A program made the position numbers and the translations under genes. A model generated the notes under the pieces. It was not told where the DNA came from. It was given only the letters and a program-made list of their open reading frames with translations, and did no database searches. A stretch of 63,849 nt of DNA, counting the filler, from an uncultured Methanosarcinales archaeon (lineage in GTDB: Archaea; Nanobdellota; Nanobdellia; Woesearchaeales; GW2011-AR9), in assembly GCA_964434885.1 (NCBI GenBank). It is 6 parts of 6 records of this genome, joined end to end, with 100 filler letters (N's around TTAATTAATTAA, not from the genome) between each part and the next. Parts side by side here need not be neighbours in the genome. Positions count along the whole stretch, not along the records: positions 12,530 to 24,936 come from CAYSWQ010000029.1; positions 25,037 to 36,627 come from CAYSWQ010000031.1; 4 more parts are not named here. One strand, 5' to 3'. Below are positions 19,924 to 28,918 of this stretch, piece after piece. Numbering within the stretch: position 1 is the first letter of the stretch; the number at the start of each line of letters is the position of its first letter.

Positions 19924-20454
19924 TTATTTTTTTCTTTTATCTTTTCTGAATTTCTTATGGATGTGGGGATGTCTGTCATGGTGGTGTTTAAATTTTTTAA
20001 ATAATCTCGATTTGGTAACTATTCGTACACTTCGAGCAGCAATCCGAATATATTTAGCTACTTTTTGTGTTCTTCCTATAGCACTAATTCCTTTTCTAGC
20101 TTCTAATGTTTCATGTAAGATTGCTTGACCAATACCTAATTGACCAGCAGCTGAAGCTGCTCTCCAAATTTTACTGGCAATAGTAAAAGCAATAGCTAAA
20201 GGGATAACTGCCAATAGATCTAACCAATAACTTTTGAAGAAAAATTTAACACTTTTAGCTTTAATTCCGAGGAAAATTAAATCAATGACGAATACTGCTA
20301 TAACACAATAATCTAAAATAACAATTGGGGTGTGATAGTGATGGGCAAAATCTTGAAAGAATAATTCTACGATAATTACAAACAATAATGCTACAATAGC
20401 ATAAGGAATTAGTTTGGCGTTGTAGTGTTCTACTTTTTTCCAAAATTTATTCAT
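19924..20454 (-). CDS. Stand-alone voltage-sensor-like (S1-S4) protein without a pore
   Basis: S2 LDY.VIAVF.ID, S3 YWLDLLAVIP, basic S4-like KYIRIAARSVR; no pore loop. Confidence 0.7.
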   Translation of the reverse strand: MNKFWKKVEHYNAKLIPYAIVALLFVIIVELFFQDFAHHYHTPIVILDYCVIAVFVIDLIFLGIKAKSVKFFFKSYWLDLLAVIPLAIAFTIASKIWRAASAAGQLGIGQAILHETLEARKGISAIGRTQKVAKYIRIAARSVRIVTKSRLFKKFKHHHDRHPHIHKKFRKDKRKK

Positions 20455-20552
20455 GGTAGAAAGAATATTTTTTTTGTTTTTAAAAGTTTGTTTTTTTGTG
20501 AAACCGCAACATTTATAATTTAAATTAATTTACTTCTTACAAAAAGAGGAAA

Positions 20553-22877
20553 ATGGCTAAAAGTAAACTAGATAATTTAATACAATTATTGATTCCACCT
20601 TCTTTAGTTTTGTTATTAGTAGTTACAATTGTTGAGCTTTTTTATGGAGTTAGTATTTTTTGGAGTTATGTGATTGATGTTTTTGATGTTTATGTAGTTG
20701 TTATTTTTGCTATTGATTTGTATTATCGATGGTTTGAAACACCTAAATTTTTCCCCTACGTGAAGAAACATATTTTAGATATTATTGCCACGATACCATT
20801 TAACTTGATTTTTTGGGGAATTCAAGGTTTAACTTTGATCAGGGCCTTACGGGGAGTGAGATTTATTGCTCAACTGGCCCGAATGGCTAGATTTGCTAGA
20901 TATGCTCGATTTTTTAGATTGATTAGATTCGGAGCAAGGGCTCCGAGGTTTTTGCGATTTCGTAAACATGTAAAGAAAGCTAAGATTAGAAAAGTTCAAC
21001 CTCACGAGAAAGAGATGAAGAAAACTTTGAGTTTTAAGGTTATTTTGTTAATTACAATCAACTCGATTATGGGGACTGGAATTTGGTTTTTGACTTCGGC
21101 TGGAGCTAAACATGCTGGACCTGCTTCTTTAGTTTCGTGGGGAATTTTGTCATTAATTTCTATTTATATTGCGATGTGTTTTGGAGAATTAGTATCGATG
21201 TTTCCAAAAGCAGGAGGCGTTTATGAGTTTGCTAAACAAGCTTATGGTCGTTTTTGGTCTTTTGTAATTGGATGGACAACTTCAATTGCAGGAAGTGTGA
21301 CAATAGCAATGTTGTTATTGGGAGCGTTACAATATTTAATCCCTATAAAATATTCTTACACATACATTCCGATTGCAATTTTTTTGATAATAGCATTTAG
21401 TTATGTTGCTTTTAGGGGAATGCAAACATCTACTTTTGTTTTAGTAACTTTTGCGTTGATTACATTAACTGCAGTAACAGCAATTATCATTCCTGGATTT
21501 ATTAATTTTGATCCTGCTAATTTAAAGCCATTTTTTGTCTTTCCGACTATGGCTATTGTGTTAGCAATCTTTTTCATCGCAGAAACTTTTTTTGGCTGGG
21601 AAAGTGCTATTTTCCTTGCAGCAGAGACAAAAAATCCAAGTAAGATCATGCCAAAAGCTTTGATCTACGGAACTTTGGTTATTGCCATTCTTTCTTTCTT
21701 CTTAGCTTTCACAGCAATGGGAACAATTCCTTGGGCAGAATTTGCAAAATCAGTTGCGCCATTAAGAGATTTGGGAAGTGTTCATTTTGGAAATATAGGA
21801 GGAATTATTTTTGCAGTGTTAATTTTTGTTTCAGTAATTGGAGCAACTGCGGGGTGGATTGTTACTGCCCCTAGACTGTTGATGAGTATTGCCGAGGATA
21901 AATTATTTTTCACTCAATTTGCTAAAATTCACCCCAAACACAAGAGCCCTTATGTTTCAATAATGTTTCAAATTGTTGTTGTCTCTACTTTGGTTTTTGT
22001 GGGGGCCGGTTCTTATGAAACTCTGCTTCACCTTTTAATACCTTTAATTTTAATTGTTTATAGTGCAGTTCTATTAAGTGTGGTTATCCTAAGATTTAAA
22101 AGACCAGATCAACCTCGACCATATAAGGTTGTTTTCGGAAAAGTTGGGCCTTTTATCACTATTTTATTTATGATTTTCTTATTGATTATGTTTATTAAAG
22201 AAACACATAGTGCATGGGATATATTAAGAATTTCCGGAGGGTTAATTGCATTTGGTATTCCTGCTTATTTTGCGATAGAATTGTTTTATGATCAGAAATA
22301 TGTTACTTTGAGAAGGAATATATCTGCTAAATTTGCCCATTCTTTTAATCGTTTACCTTTAACTAAGATTACTTTTAATAGAATTATGTCATTAGTGGGA
22401 CCTACTAATAACAAAACTAAGTTGTTAATTCAAAATGCCCCATTGGGTTCTTTTACTCATGCTATTGTAAAATCTAAAAAACCGTTTAATAAGATATCTT
22501 TGGCTAATCAATCCAAAGAAGAGTTGAAAGTTTTCCGGGAAAAATTAGGGAAAAATGAAAGGAAAAAAGTTGAAACTATTTTATTGAGAGCATTAAAATT
22601 ACCTAATGTAAAAGTAGATAAATTTATTTCTTTTAATGATTTAGGTTATGTAAAAAATATTCCTAGATTTATTCGTGATACAAAAAATATTTTGAAACCA
22701 AAAGGTAAGTTTTGCTTTTATGTTAAAAGTTCTTTCTTTAATGTAGCTCCAAATGCTATTGAAATAGAGAATAGAAAGGAATTGATTAAACTATTTGAAA
22801 AAGAAAAATTAAAAGTTAGTTATACTAAAAGAAAGAGATTGTATAAAACTGAGATTTTTATTTCTGGAAGTAAGTGA
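20553..22877 (+). CDS. Voltage-sensor domain - APC permease - degenerate methyltransferase fusion
   Basis: aa 1-140: FDVYVVVIFAID, ILDIIATIP, (R-x-x)n S4. From about aa 155: APC (INSIMGTG, PKAGGVY, FFGWE). C-terminal Rossmann-like tail ending ILKPKGKF. Confidence 0.85.
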   Translation: MAKSKLDNLIQLLIPPSLVLLLVVTIVELFYGVSIFWSYVIDVFDVYVVVIFAIDLYYRWFETPKFFPYVKKHILDIIATIPFNLIFWGIQGLTLIRALRGVRFIAQLARMARFARYARFFRLIRFGARAPRFLRFRKHVKKAKIRKVQPHEKEMKKTLSFKVILLITINSIMGTGIWFLTSAGAKHAGPASLVSWGILSLISIYIAMCFGELVSMFPKAGGVYEFAKQAYGRFWSFVIGWTTSIAGSVTIAMLLLGALQYLIPIKYSYTYIPIAIFLIIAFSYVAFRGMQTSTFVLVTFALITLTAVTAIIIPGFINFDPANLKPFFVFPTMAIVLAIFFIAETFFGWESAIFLAAETKNPSKIMPKALIYGTLVIAILSFFLAFTAMGTIPWAEFAKSVAPLRDLGSVHFGNIGGIIFAVLIFVSVIGATAGWIVTAPRLLMSIAEDKLFFTQFAKIHPKHKSPYVSIMFQIVVVSTLVFVGAGSYETLLHLLIPLILIVYSAVLLSVVILRFKRPDQPRPYKVVFGKVGPFITILFMIFLLIMFIKETHSAWDILRISGGLIAFGIPAYFAIELFYDQKYVTLRRNISAKFAHSFNRLPLTKITFNRIMSLVGPTNNKTKLLIQNAPLGSFTHAIVKSKKPFNKISLANQSKEELKVFREKLGKNERKKVETILLRALKLPNVKVDKFISFNDLGYVKNIPRFIRDTKNILKPKGKFCFYVKSSFFNVAPNAIEIENRKELIKLFEKEKLKVSYTKRKRLYKTEIFISGSK

Positions 22878-22901
22878 TTTTATTAAGAAAGAGGTGTGTA
22901 A

Positions 22902-23141
22902 ATGAAAAAAACAATATTGGGATTTTTTGTATTGACTATTTTTTTGTTGAGTGTTACTTTTGTATTGGCAGGAGATAGTTATAACAAAACAACTAAAGAT
23001 TGTAAGACATATAAATCTGGCGTTTACAAAGTTAAATAGTATGCTGTGAAATTAATTGGATTTATTTTTGCTAGTTTTGTATTTTCCTACATTTTTTGGT
23101 GGACTAAAAAATTAGTAAAAAAAAGAAAGAAGAAAAAATAA
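22902..23141 (+). pseudogene. Small two-TM membrane protein interrupted by an in-frame TAG (23037-23039)
   Basis: RBS GAGGTG + ATG; MKKTILGFFVLTIFLLSVTFVLAG...KVK*YAVKLIGFIFASFVFSYIFWWTKKLVKKRKKKK*. The post-TAG part is a clean TM helix with a basic tail. Confidence 0.55.
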
Positions 23142-23145
23142 TTTT

Positions 23146-24087
23146 TTAATTTTCAAAATTTTCTTCAGTTTTCTTTTTCTTTTTCAATTTTGTTCCACAA
23201 ATCCGACAATGATTAGAATCTTGATCATGGTCTTCTAAACCACATTTCTTACAGCTCATTTTAGTCTTGGTTGTTTCTAAGAATATAACTTTTAGTAATT
23301 TCCCTAGTTGCCAAGGGATTAAAGCTATTCCAGATAGAATCATAGCAATAGTTATTGCTCTACCTTGCCAAGATACAGGAGTAATATCTCCATAACCTAC
23401 TGTAGTGATGGTAACAATCGCAAAATACATGGCTTCCCAGATGTTACTGAATTGTCCTGGGTTAACTTTGTTTTCTACAGTCCAGATTAATCCAGAAGCT
23501 ATTAAGATAATGGTGAAGATAGTTAAAACAATTCTGATGATGATTAACTGAGAGTCATTTAGTTGACCAAATAATGTGTTTTTTGATTTAAACATTCTTT
23601 GGAATCTTAAAACCCGTAACATTCTAAAAACCCTTAAGATTCTGAAAGCTCTTAAAAATCCAAAGTTTCCAAAGTGAGTTAAAATTGGTAAAATTACAAT
23701 CAAATCAATTATACTATAGATGTTGAAGAAGTGTTTGATCTTTTTTTCTGCTACCCACATTCTGACTAAATATTCAACAATGAAGATACCAACGATGGCA
23801 ATTTCTGCAGTGGTTAAAATAGCCTTATATAATCCAGTAGGATTATGTGTTTCTAGAATAAAAATCAAAATTACTAGGAAATTAAGAATAAATAAAGAAC
23901 CTTCTATCCGAATACCATGTTTAGAAGCATAATTATCTATATGAATATGTAAGAATTTTTTTGTTTTACTAATGATTGTATCTTCTAATTTCTCTTCTTT
24001 TTGACGAAATTTTAGTTCTGCCTTATCTTCATCAGATAATTTAGAAGTTTTCTTTTTACTAGTTGTTTTTTTCCTCTTTTTGGCCAT
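23146..24087 (-). CDS. Voltage-gated potassium channel (6TM) with C-terminal Zn ribbon
   Basis: S4 RAFRILRVFRMLRVLRFQR, filter TTVGYGD, CKKC...CRICG. Confidence 0.93.
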   Translation of the reverse strand: MAKKRKKTTSKKKTSKLSDEDKAELKFRQKEEKLEDTIISKTKKFLHIHIDNYASKHGIRIEGSLFILNFLVILIFILETHNPTGLYKAILTTAEIAIVGIFIVEYLVRMWVAEKKIKHFFNIYSIIDLIVILPILTHFGNFGFLRAFRILRVFRMLRVLRFQRMFKSKNTLFGQLNDSQLIIIRIVLTIFTIILIASGLIWTVENKVNPGQFSNIWEAMYFAIVTITTVGYGDITPVSWQGRAITIAMILSGIALIPWQLGKLLKVIFLETTKTKMSCKKCGLEDHDQDSNHCRICGTKLKKKKKTEENFEN

Positions 24088-24183
24088 CTTATTTTAGAAT
24101 TATTTTTTTGTTTTTAAAAGTTTGTTTTTTGAAATAGAAAGATATATAATTTGAAATAAAATAGTTATAAAAAAGAGGTTGAG

Positions 24184-24936
24184 ATGGCTAAACTAAAAAA
24201 AGTATTAAGTTTTCGAGTAATTTTATTGATTACTATAAATTCAATTATGGGAACAGGAATATTTTTCTTACCGGCAGTGGGGGCTAAAGCTTCTGGACCA
24301 GCTTCTTTACTTGCGTGGATAATTCTTTCTTTTATTTCAATCTATATTGCAATGTGTTTTGCAGAATTAACAAGTATGTTTCCTAAATCTGGAGGGATTT
24401 ATGAGTTTTGTAAACAAGCTTACGGGAGATTCACTTCTTTTTTGATTGGTTGGACTACAGTGATTGCAGGTAATGTAACAATTGCTATGTTGGTAGTAGG
24501 AGCAATTCAATATCTTATGCCGGTAGGTTCCACGTTTATGAAGATTATTTTTTCTTTGATATTTATTTTTGCTTTTAACTTCATTGCTTACAAAGGAATG
24601 AAAACTTCTGCTGTAATGTTGATCGCTTTTGCTTTTATTACTTTATTTACTATTCTTAGTTTAGCTATTCCTGGTTTGTGGAAGTTTCAATTAAGTAATT
24701 TTTCTCCTTTTTTTGTGCTTCCTTTTTCTTCGTTAATGTTAACTATTTTTTTGATTGCAGAAACTTTTTTTGGTTGGGAAACAGCCACTTTTTTAGCAGA
24801 GGAAACTAAAAATGGAGAAAAAGTAATGCCTAAGGCTTTAGTATATGGAACGATTATTATTGCAGTTATTTGTATTTTATCTGTAATTACTTCATTGGGA
24901 GTTATTCCTTGGCAAGTATATGGTCAATCATCAGCA
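24184..24936 (+). CDS. APC-family amino-acid permease, 3'-truncated
   Basis: LSFRVILLITINSIMGTG, PKSGGIYEF, FFGWE; close paralogue of the APC part of 20553..22877. Confidence 0.88.
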
Positions 24937-25036
24937 NNNNNNNNNNNNNNNNNNNNNNNNNNNNNNNNNNNNNNNNNNNNTTAATTAATTAANNNNNNNN
25001 NNNNNNNNNNNNNNNNNNNNNNNNNNNNNNNNNNNN
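24937..25036. other. Artificial contig linker
   Basis: N44-TTAATTAATTAA-N44. Confidence 0.97.
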
Positions 25037-25486
25037 AAAGAAATTGATGGATTGTTAGATGATGAACGTTTGAAGAGAGAGCAGATTAAAATTAGATTTG
25101 CTGGTCGGATTCATTTGTTTCCGGAAGACATGCAGCAGAAAATGCATGAATTGATGGAGAAGACTAAAGAATATAATAAGTTCATAGTTAATTTTGCGAT
25201 GGCCTATGGTGGTCGGGAAGAAATTGTTGATACTGTTAATAAGATGATTAAGGAAGGTCGAGAGATTACAGAAGAAAGTTTGCAGGCTAATATGTGGGTA
25301 CCTGAGAATCTAGATATTGTGATTAGAACAGGTAATGAAAACCGTACTAGTAATTTCTTTGTGTGGCAAGCTTCATATGCGGAGTTGTTTTTCTTGGAGA
25401 AAATGTGGCCGGAATTTGAGAAGGAAGATTTAGTTAATGTTTTGGAAGAGTTTGAGAAGAAAAGACAAAGAAGGTTTGGGAAGTAA
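25037..25486 (+). CDS. uppS: cis-prenyltransferase (UppS family), 5'-truncated
   Basis: AYGGREEI, DIVIRTG.E.RTSNF..WQ..YAEL, WPEF, RRFGK. Confidence 0.92.
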   Translation, partial: KEIDGLLDDERLKREQIKIRFAGRIHLFPEDMQQKMHELMEKTKEYNKFIVNFAMAYGGREEIVDTVNKMIKEGREITEESLQANMWVPENLDIVIRTGNENRTSNFFVWQASYAELFFLEKMWPEFEKEDLVNVLEEFEKKRQRRFGK

Positions 25487-25514
25487 TTTAAAGTAAGTAA
25501 TTATTGATATTCTA

Positions 25515-26141
25515 ATGGAATTACGAATGGATCTAGGTTTGAATATGGAATACTTGCCAATGGAGTTGGTTTATCGTTCTATAAAAGAGACAGATCCTTT
25601 GCATGGGTTGAGAGTTAATGAAAAAAATATTTTAGGTTATTTGAAAAGAGTTAATGGAATGTTAGTTAAACCAGAAGTGACTTTAGAAGAGCTACAAAGT
25701 AATTATATTACGGCTGCAAGCATCTATGCTTTTGTGCATCCAGTTTTGGGATTAGGTTTAGATGAAGTAAAAGAAAAATTTATGCAAATTTTAAGAAAAG
25801 GACCTTATGATGAAAGTAAACCTTTGGATTTATACTTTCAGAGAGCAGGGGAAGAATCACAAAAACGTTTTTTAGAAATTCATAAAAGTAATATTGAAGA
25901 AGAAGTATCTTTTAAAAAATCTAAATCATTGGGAAAAAGAGTTAATGAAGAAATTACTATTTTGATTGGCCAGTTGAGAAAAAAATATTTTGAGAGAGGC
26001 CATTTTTCTTTTACTAGTTATAATGATGTTTGTACTCCTTTGTTTAATTTAGAAGAAAGAGATGATGCTGGTGAATTAGATATTTATTTGAGAGAAAAGT
26101 TTGGTACTTTTTTGATTAATATACCTGAATGTTTTCGATAA
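25515..26141 (+). CDS. Hypothetical protein
   Basis: 208-aa ORF. Confidence 0.55.
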   Translation: MELRMDLGLNMEYLPMELVYRSIKETDPLHGLRVNEKNILGYLKRVNGMLVKPEVTLEELQSNYITAASIYAFVHPVLGLGLDEVKEKFMQILRKGPYDESKPLDLYFQRAGEESQKRFLEIHKSNIEEEVSFKKSKSLGKRVNEEITILIGQLRKKYFERGHFSFTSYNDVCTPLFNLEERDDAGELDIYLREKFGTFLINIPECFR

Positions 26142-26208
26142 GACAATAACCTTTTTATAAATAAAGATATTTCTTATTTTATTATAATTATTTAAAGAGG
26201 GGATGTAG

Positions 26209-28869
26209 ATGTATAATAAGAAGATAGATGATGTTTTTCAAGAATTAAAGAGTTCTCCAAAAGGGTTGAGTGGTGATGAAGCAGCTACAAGATTACATAG
26301 ATATGGTTTAAATGAATTAAAAGCTGAAAAGAAAATTCATCCGTGGCAGATCTTTTTTGGACAATTTAAAAGTCCTCTTATCTGGTTGTTGATTGTAGCT
26401 TTAATTATTTCTATTTTTATGAAGGAAGAAGTTGATGCGATTGTAATTGGAATAATTATTATTGCTAATGCGATATTAGGTTTTGTTCAAGAATTTAGGG
26501 CAGAAAAAGCAATTGAAGCTTTGAAAAAGATGGCTTCATTGAAAGCTAAAGTGTTTAGAAATGGGAAAGAAACAGCCATTGATGCCACTAAATTAGTTCC
26601 AGGAGATATTATTATTTTAGAAACTGGAGATAAAGTTCCCGCAGATGCAAGGATGTTTGAAGTTCATGATTTGCGAACACAAGAAGCAGCTTTAACTGGG
26701 GAATCTTTGCCAGTGAAAAAAGAATTAGATGTGTTGCCAGATAAAACAATGGTGGCAGATAGAAAGAACATGGTTTATTCTGGAACAATTGTTGCAGAAG
26801 GAAGAGGAATGGCAGTAATTGCAAGTACAGGAATGCAGACTGAATTTGGAAAAATTGCTAGATTGATTGAAGAAGCTCATGAAAAAGAAACTCCTTTACA
26901 AAAGAAATTACATACTTTGGGTAAATTTTTAACTGTCGCAGTAGTGGCGATTGCAATTATTGTTTTTATCGCTGGAATTATTGCTGGAAAGCCAATTTCT
27001 TTGATGTTTTTGACGGCGATTGCTTTAGCTGTAGCAGCGATTCCGGAAGGGTTACCAGCAGTGGTAACTATTGCTTTGGCAATTGGTGTCCAAAGAATGA
27101 TTAAAAGGAATGCGTTGATTAGGAAGTTACCCTCAGTAGAAACATTAGGAGTAGTAAATGTTATTTGTACAGATAAAACAGGTACCTTAACACACAATCA
27201 AATGACAGTAACTAATATTTGGGCGAATGATAAAGTTTACCAAGTTACTGGTTCTGGATATAAAACTCAAGGTACATTTGTGTTAGATAATAAATTAGTT
27301 GATGCAGCTCCATTAGATATGTTATTGAGATGTGGTTCATTATGCAATGATGCAAAATTATCTCAAAAGAAAAAGAAAATTGAAGTTTTTGGTGATCCTA
27401 CAGAAGCAGCATTGATAGTTTCAGCAGGAAAAGCAGGTTATGCTAATTCTAATTTGAATAAGAAATTTCCTCGAGTAGATGAAATTCCTTTTAGTTCTGC
27501 TCGGAAGATGATGACTACTGTTCACAAAGATAAAAGTAAAAAAGTTTCTTTTACTAAAGGGGCACCAGATATTGTTATTAAATTATGTGACCGGATTTTA
27601 GTTAACGGGAAAGTAGAAAGATTAACTTTACAGAAAAAGAAAGAAATTCTAAAACAGAATGAAAAATTTGCAGAGCAAGCATTAAGGGTGTTGGGTTTTG
27701 CTTATAATGATAAAACTAGTAGTCCAGAGAAGAATATGGTTTTTGTTGGATTACAAGCAATGATTGATCCTCCTCGGCAAGAAGTTAAAGAAGCAATTGC
27801 CCGTTGTAAAAAAGCAGGAATTAGAGTTATTATGATTACTGGTGATCACGCAACTACAGCGCAAGCGATTGCCAAAGAATTAGGGATTGAAGGAGGAGCA
27901 TTAACTGGTCATGATTTGGAAAAAGTGGATTTGAAAAAAGCCATCAAAAAGACTTCAATTTTTGCTAGAGTTAATCCAGAACATAAATTGAAGATTGTTG
28001 AGATTTTGAAAAGACAAAAATTTGTGGTAGCAATGACTGGAGACGGAGTTAATGATGCTCCGGCTTTGAAAAAAGCAGATATTGGGGTGGCAATGGGGAT
28101 TTCTGGAACGGATGTTGCCAAAGAAGCTTCAGATATGATTTTAACTGATGATAATTTTACCAGTATTGTTAATGCAGTGGAAGAAGGAAGGAATATTTTT
28201 GATAACATCAAAAAGTTTGTAATTTATTTGTTATCTAGTAATTCGGGAGAAGTATTAACTATTTTTACAGCGATGTTACTTGGATTGCCTTTACCTTTAA
28301 TTGCAGTACAAATTTTATGGATTAATTTAGTTACAGATGGAGCTCCGGCAACAGCTTTAGGAGTTGAACCAGCTGAACCAAAGATAATGGAAAGGGCCCC
28401 GCGTAAAAGTAGAGGGGGAATTTTAAGTAAATATAATACAATTTGGACTTTAGCAGTCGGTTTGATTATGATGTTGGGAACATTAGGGGTATTTTATTAT
28501 GCTTTGAAAACTAGTGGTTGGACAGGAGGAATAATTGATTTGAAGAATCCACCACATCATTACTTATATGCAACTACTTTAGCATTTACCACTTTGATGA
28601 TGTTTCAAATGTTTAACGTAATTAATTGTAAGACTTTGAAAGCTTCTGTATTTAAGGAAGGATTGTTTAGTAATAAATGGTTGATTTGGGCAATACTTTT
28701 ATCTGTTGTTTTGCAGTTGGTTGTAGTTTATGTGCCTTTTTTCAACAAGATTTTTAGTACTACAGCGATGTCTGGAATGGATTGGGTATTAGTGATTGTA
28801 GTTTCTTCATCTGTGTTTTGGCTTGGGGAAATTATTAAGTTGTTTAGAAGAGAGAAAGAGCACGAGTGA
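26209..28869 (+). CDS. P-type cation (Ca2+) ATPase, P2A
   Basis: TGES, IPEGLP, DKTGTLT, KGAP, GDGVNDAP, NLVTDG. Confidence 0.95.
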   Translation: MYNKKIDDVFQELKSSPKGLSGDEAATRLHRYGLNELKAEKKIHPWQIFFGQFKSPLIWLLIVALIISIFMKEEVDAIVIGIIIIANAILGFVQEFRAEKAIEALKKMASLKAKVFRNGKETAIDATKLVPGDIIILETGDKVPADARMFEVHDLRTQEAALTGESLPVKKELDVLPDKTMVADRKNMVYSGTIVAEGRGMAVIASTGMQTEFGKIARLIEEAHEKETPLQKKLHTLGKFLTVAVVAIAIIVFIAGIIAGKPISLMFLTAIALAVAAIPEGLPAVVTIALAIGVQRMIKRNALIRKLPSVETLGVVNVICTDKTGTLTHNQMTVTNIWANDKVYQVTGSGYKTQGTFVLDNKLVDAAPLDMLLRCGSLCNDAKLSQKKKKIEVFGDPTEAALIVSAGKAGYANSNLNKKFPRVDEIPFSSARKMMTTVHKDKSKKVSFTKGAPDIVIKLCDRILVNGKVERLTLQKKKEILKQNEKFAEQALRVLGFAYNDKTSSPEKNMVFVGLQAMIDPPRQEVKEAIARCKKAGIRVIMITGDHATTAQAIAKELGIEGGALTGHDLEKVDLKKAIKKTSIFARVNPEHKLKIVEILKRQKFVVAMTGDGVNDAPALKKADIGVAMGISGTDVAKEASDMILTDDNFTSIVNAVEEGRNIFDNIKKFVIYLLSSNSGEVLTIFTAMLLGLPLPLIAVQILWINLVTDGAPATALGVEPAEPKIMERAPRKSRGGILSKYNTIWTLAVGLIMMLGTLGVFYYALKTSGWTGGIIDLKNPPHHYLYATTLAFTTLMMFQMFNVINCKTLKASVFKEGLFSNKWLIWAILLSVVLQLVVVYVPFFNKIFSTTAMSGMDWVLVIVVSSSVFWLGEIIKLFRREKEHE

Positions 28870-28918
28870 TTTTTTTAATTTTTTTCTTTTTTATTGATTA
28901 AGAGTAAAAATAAAAAAA

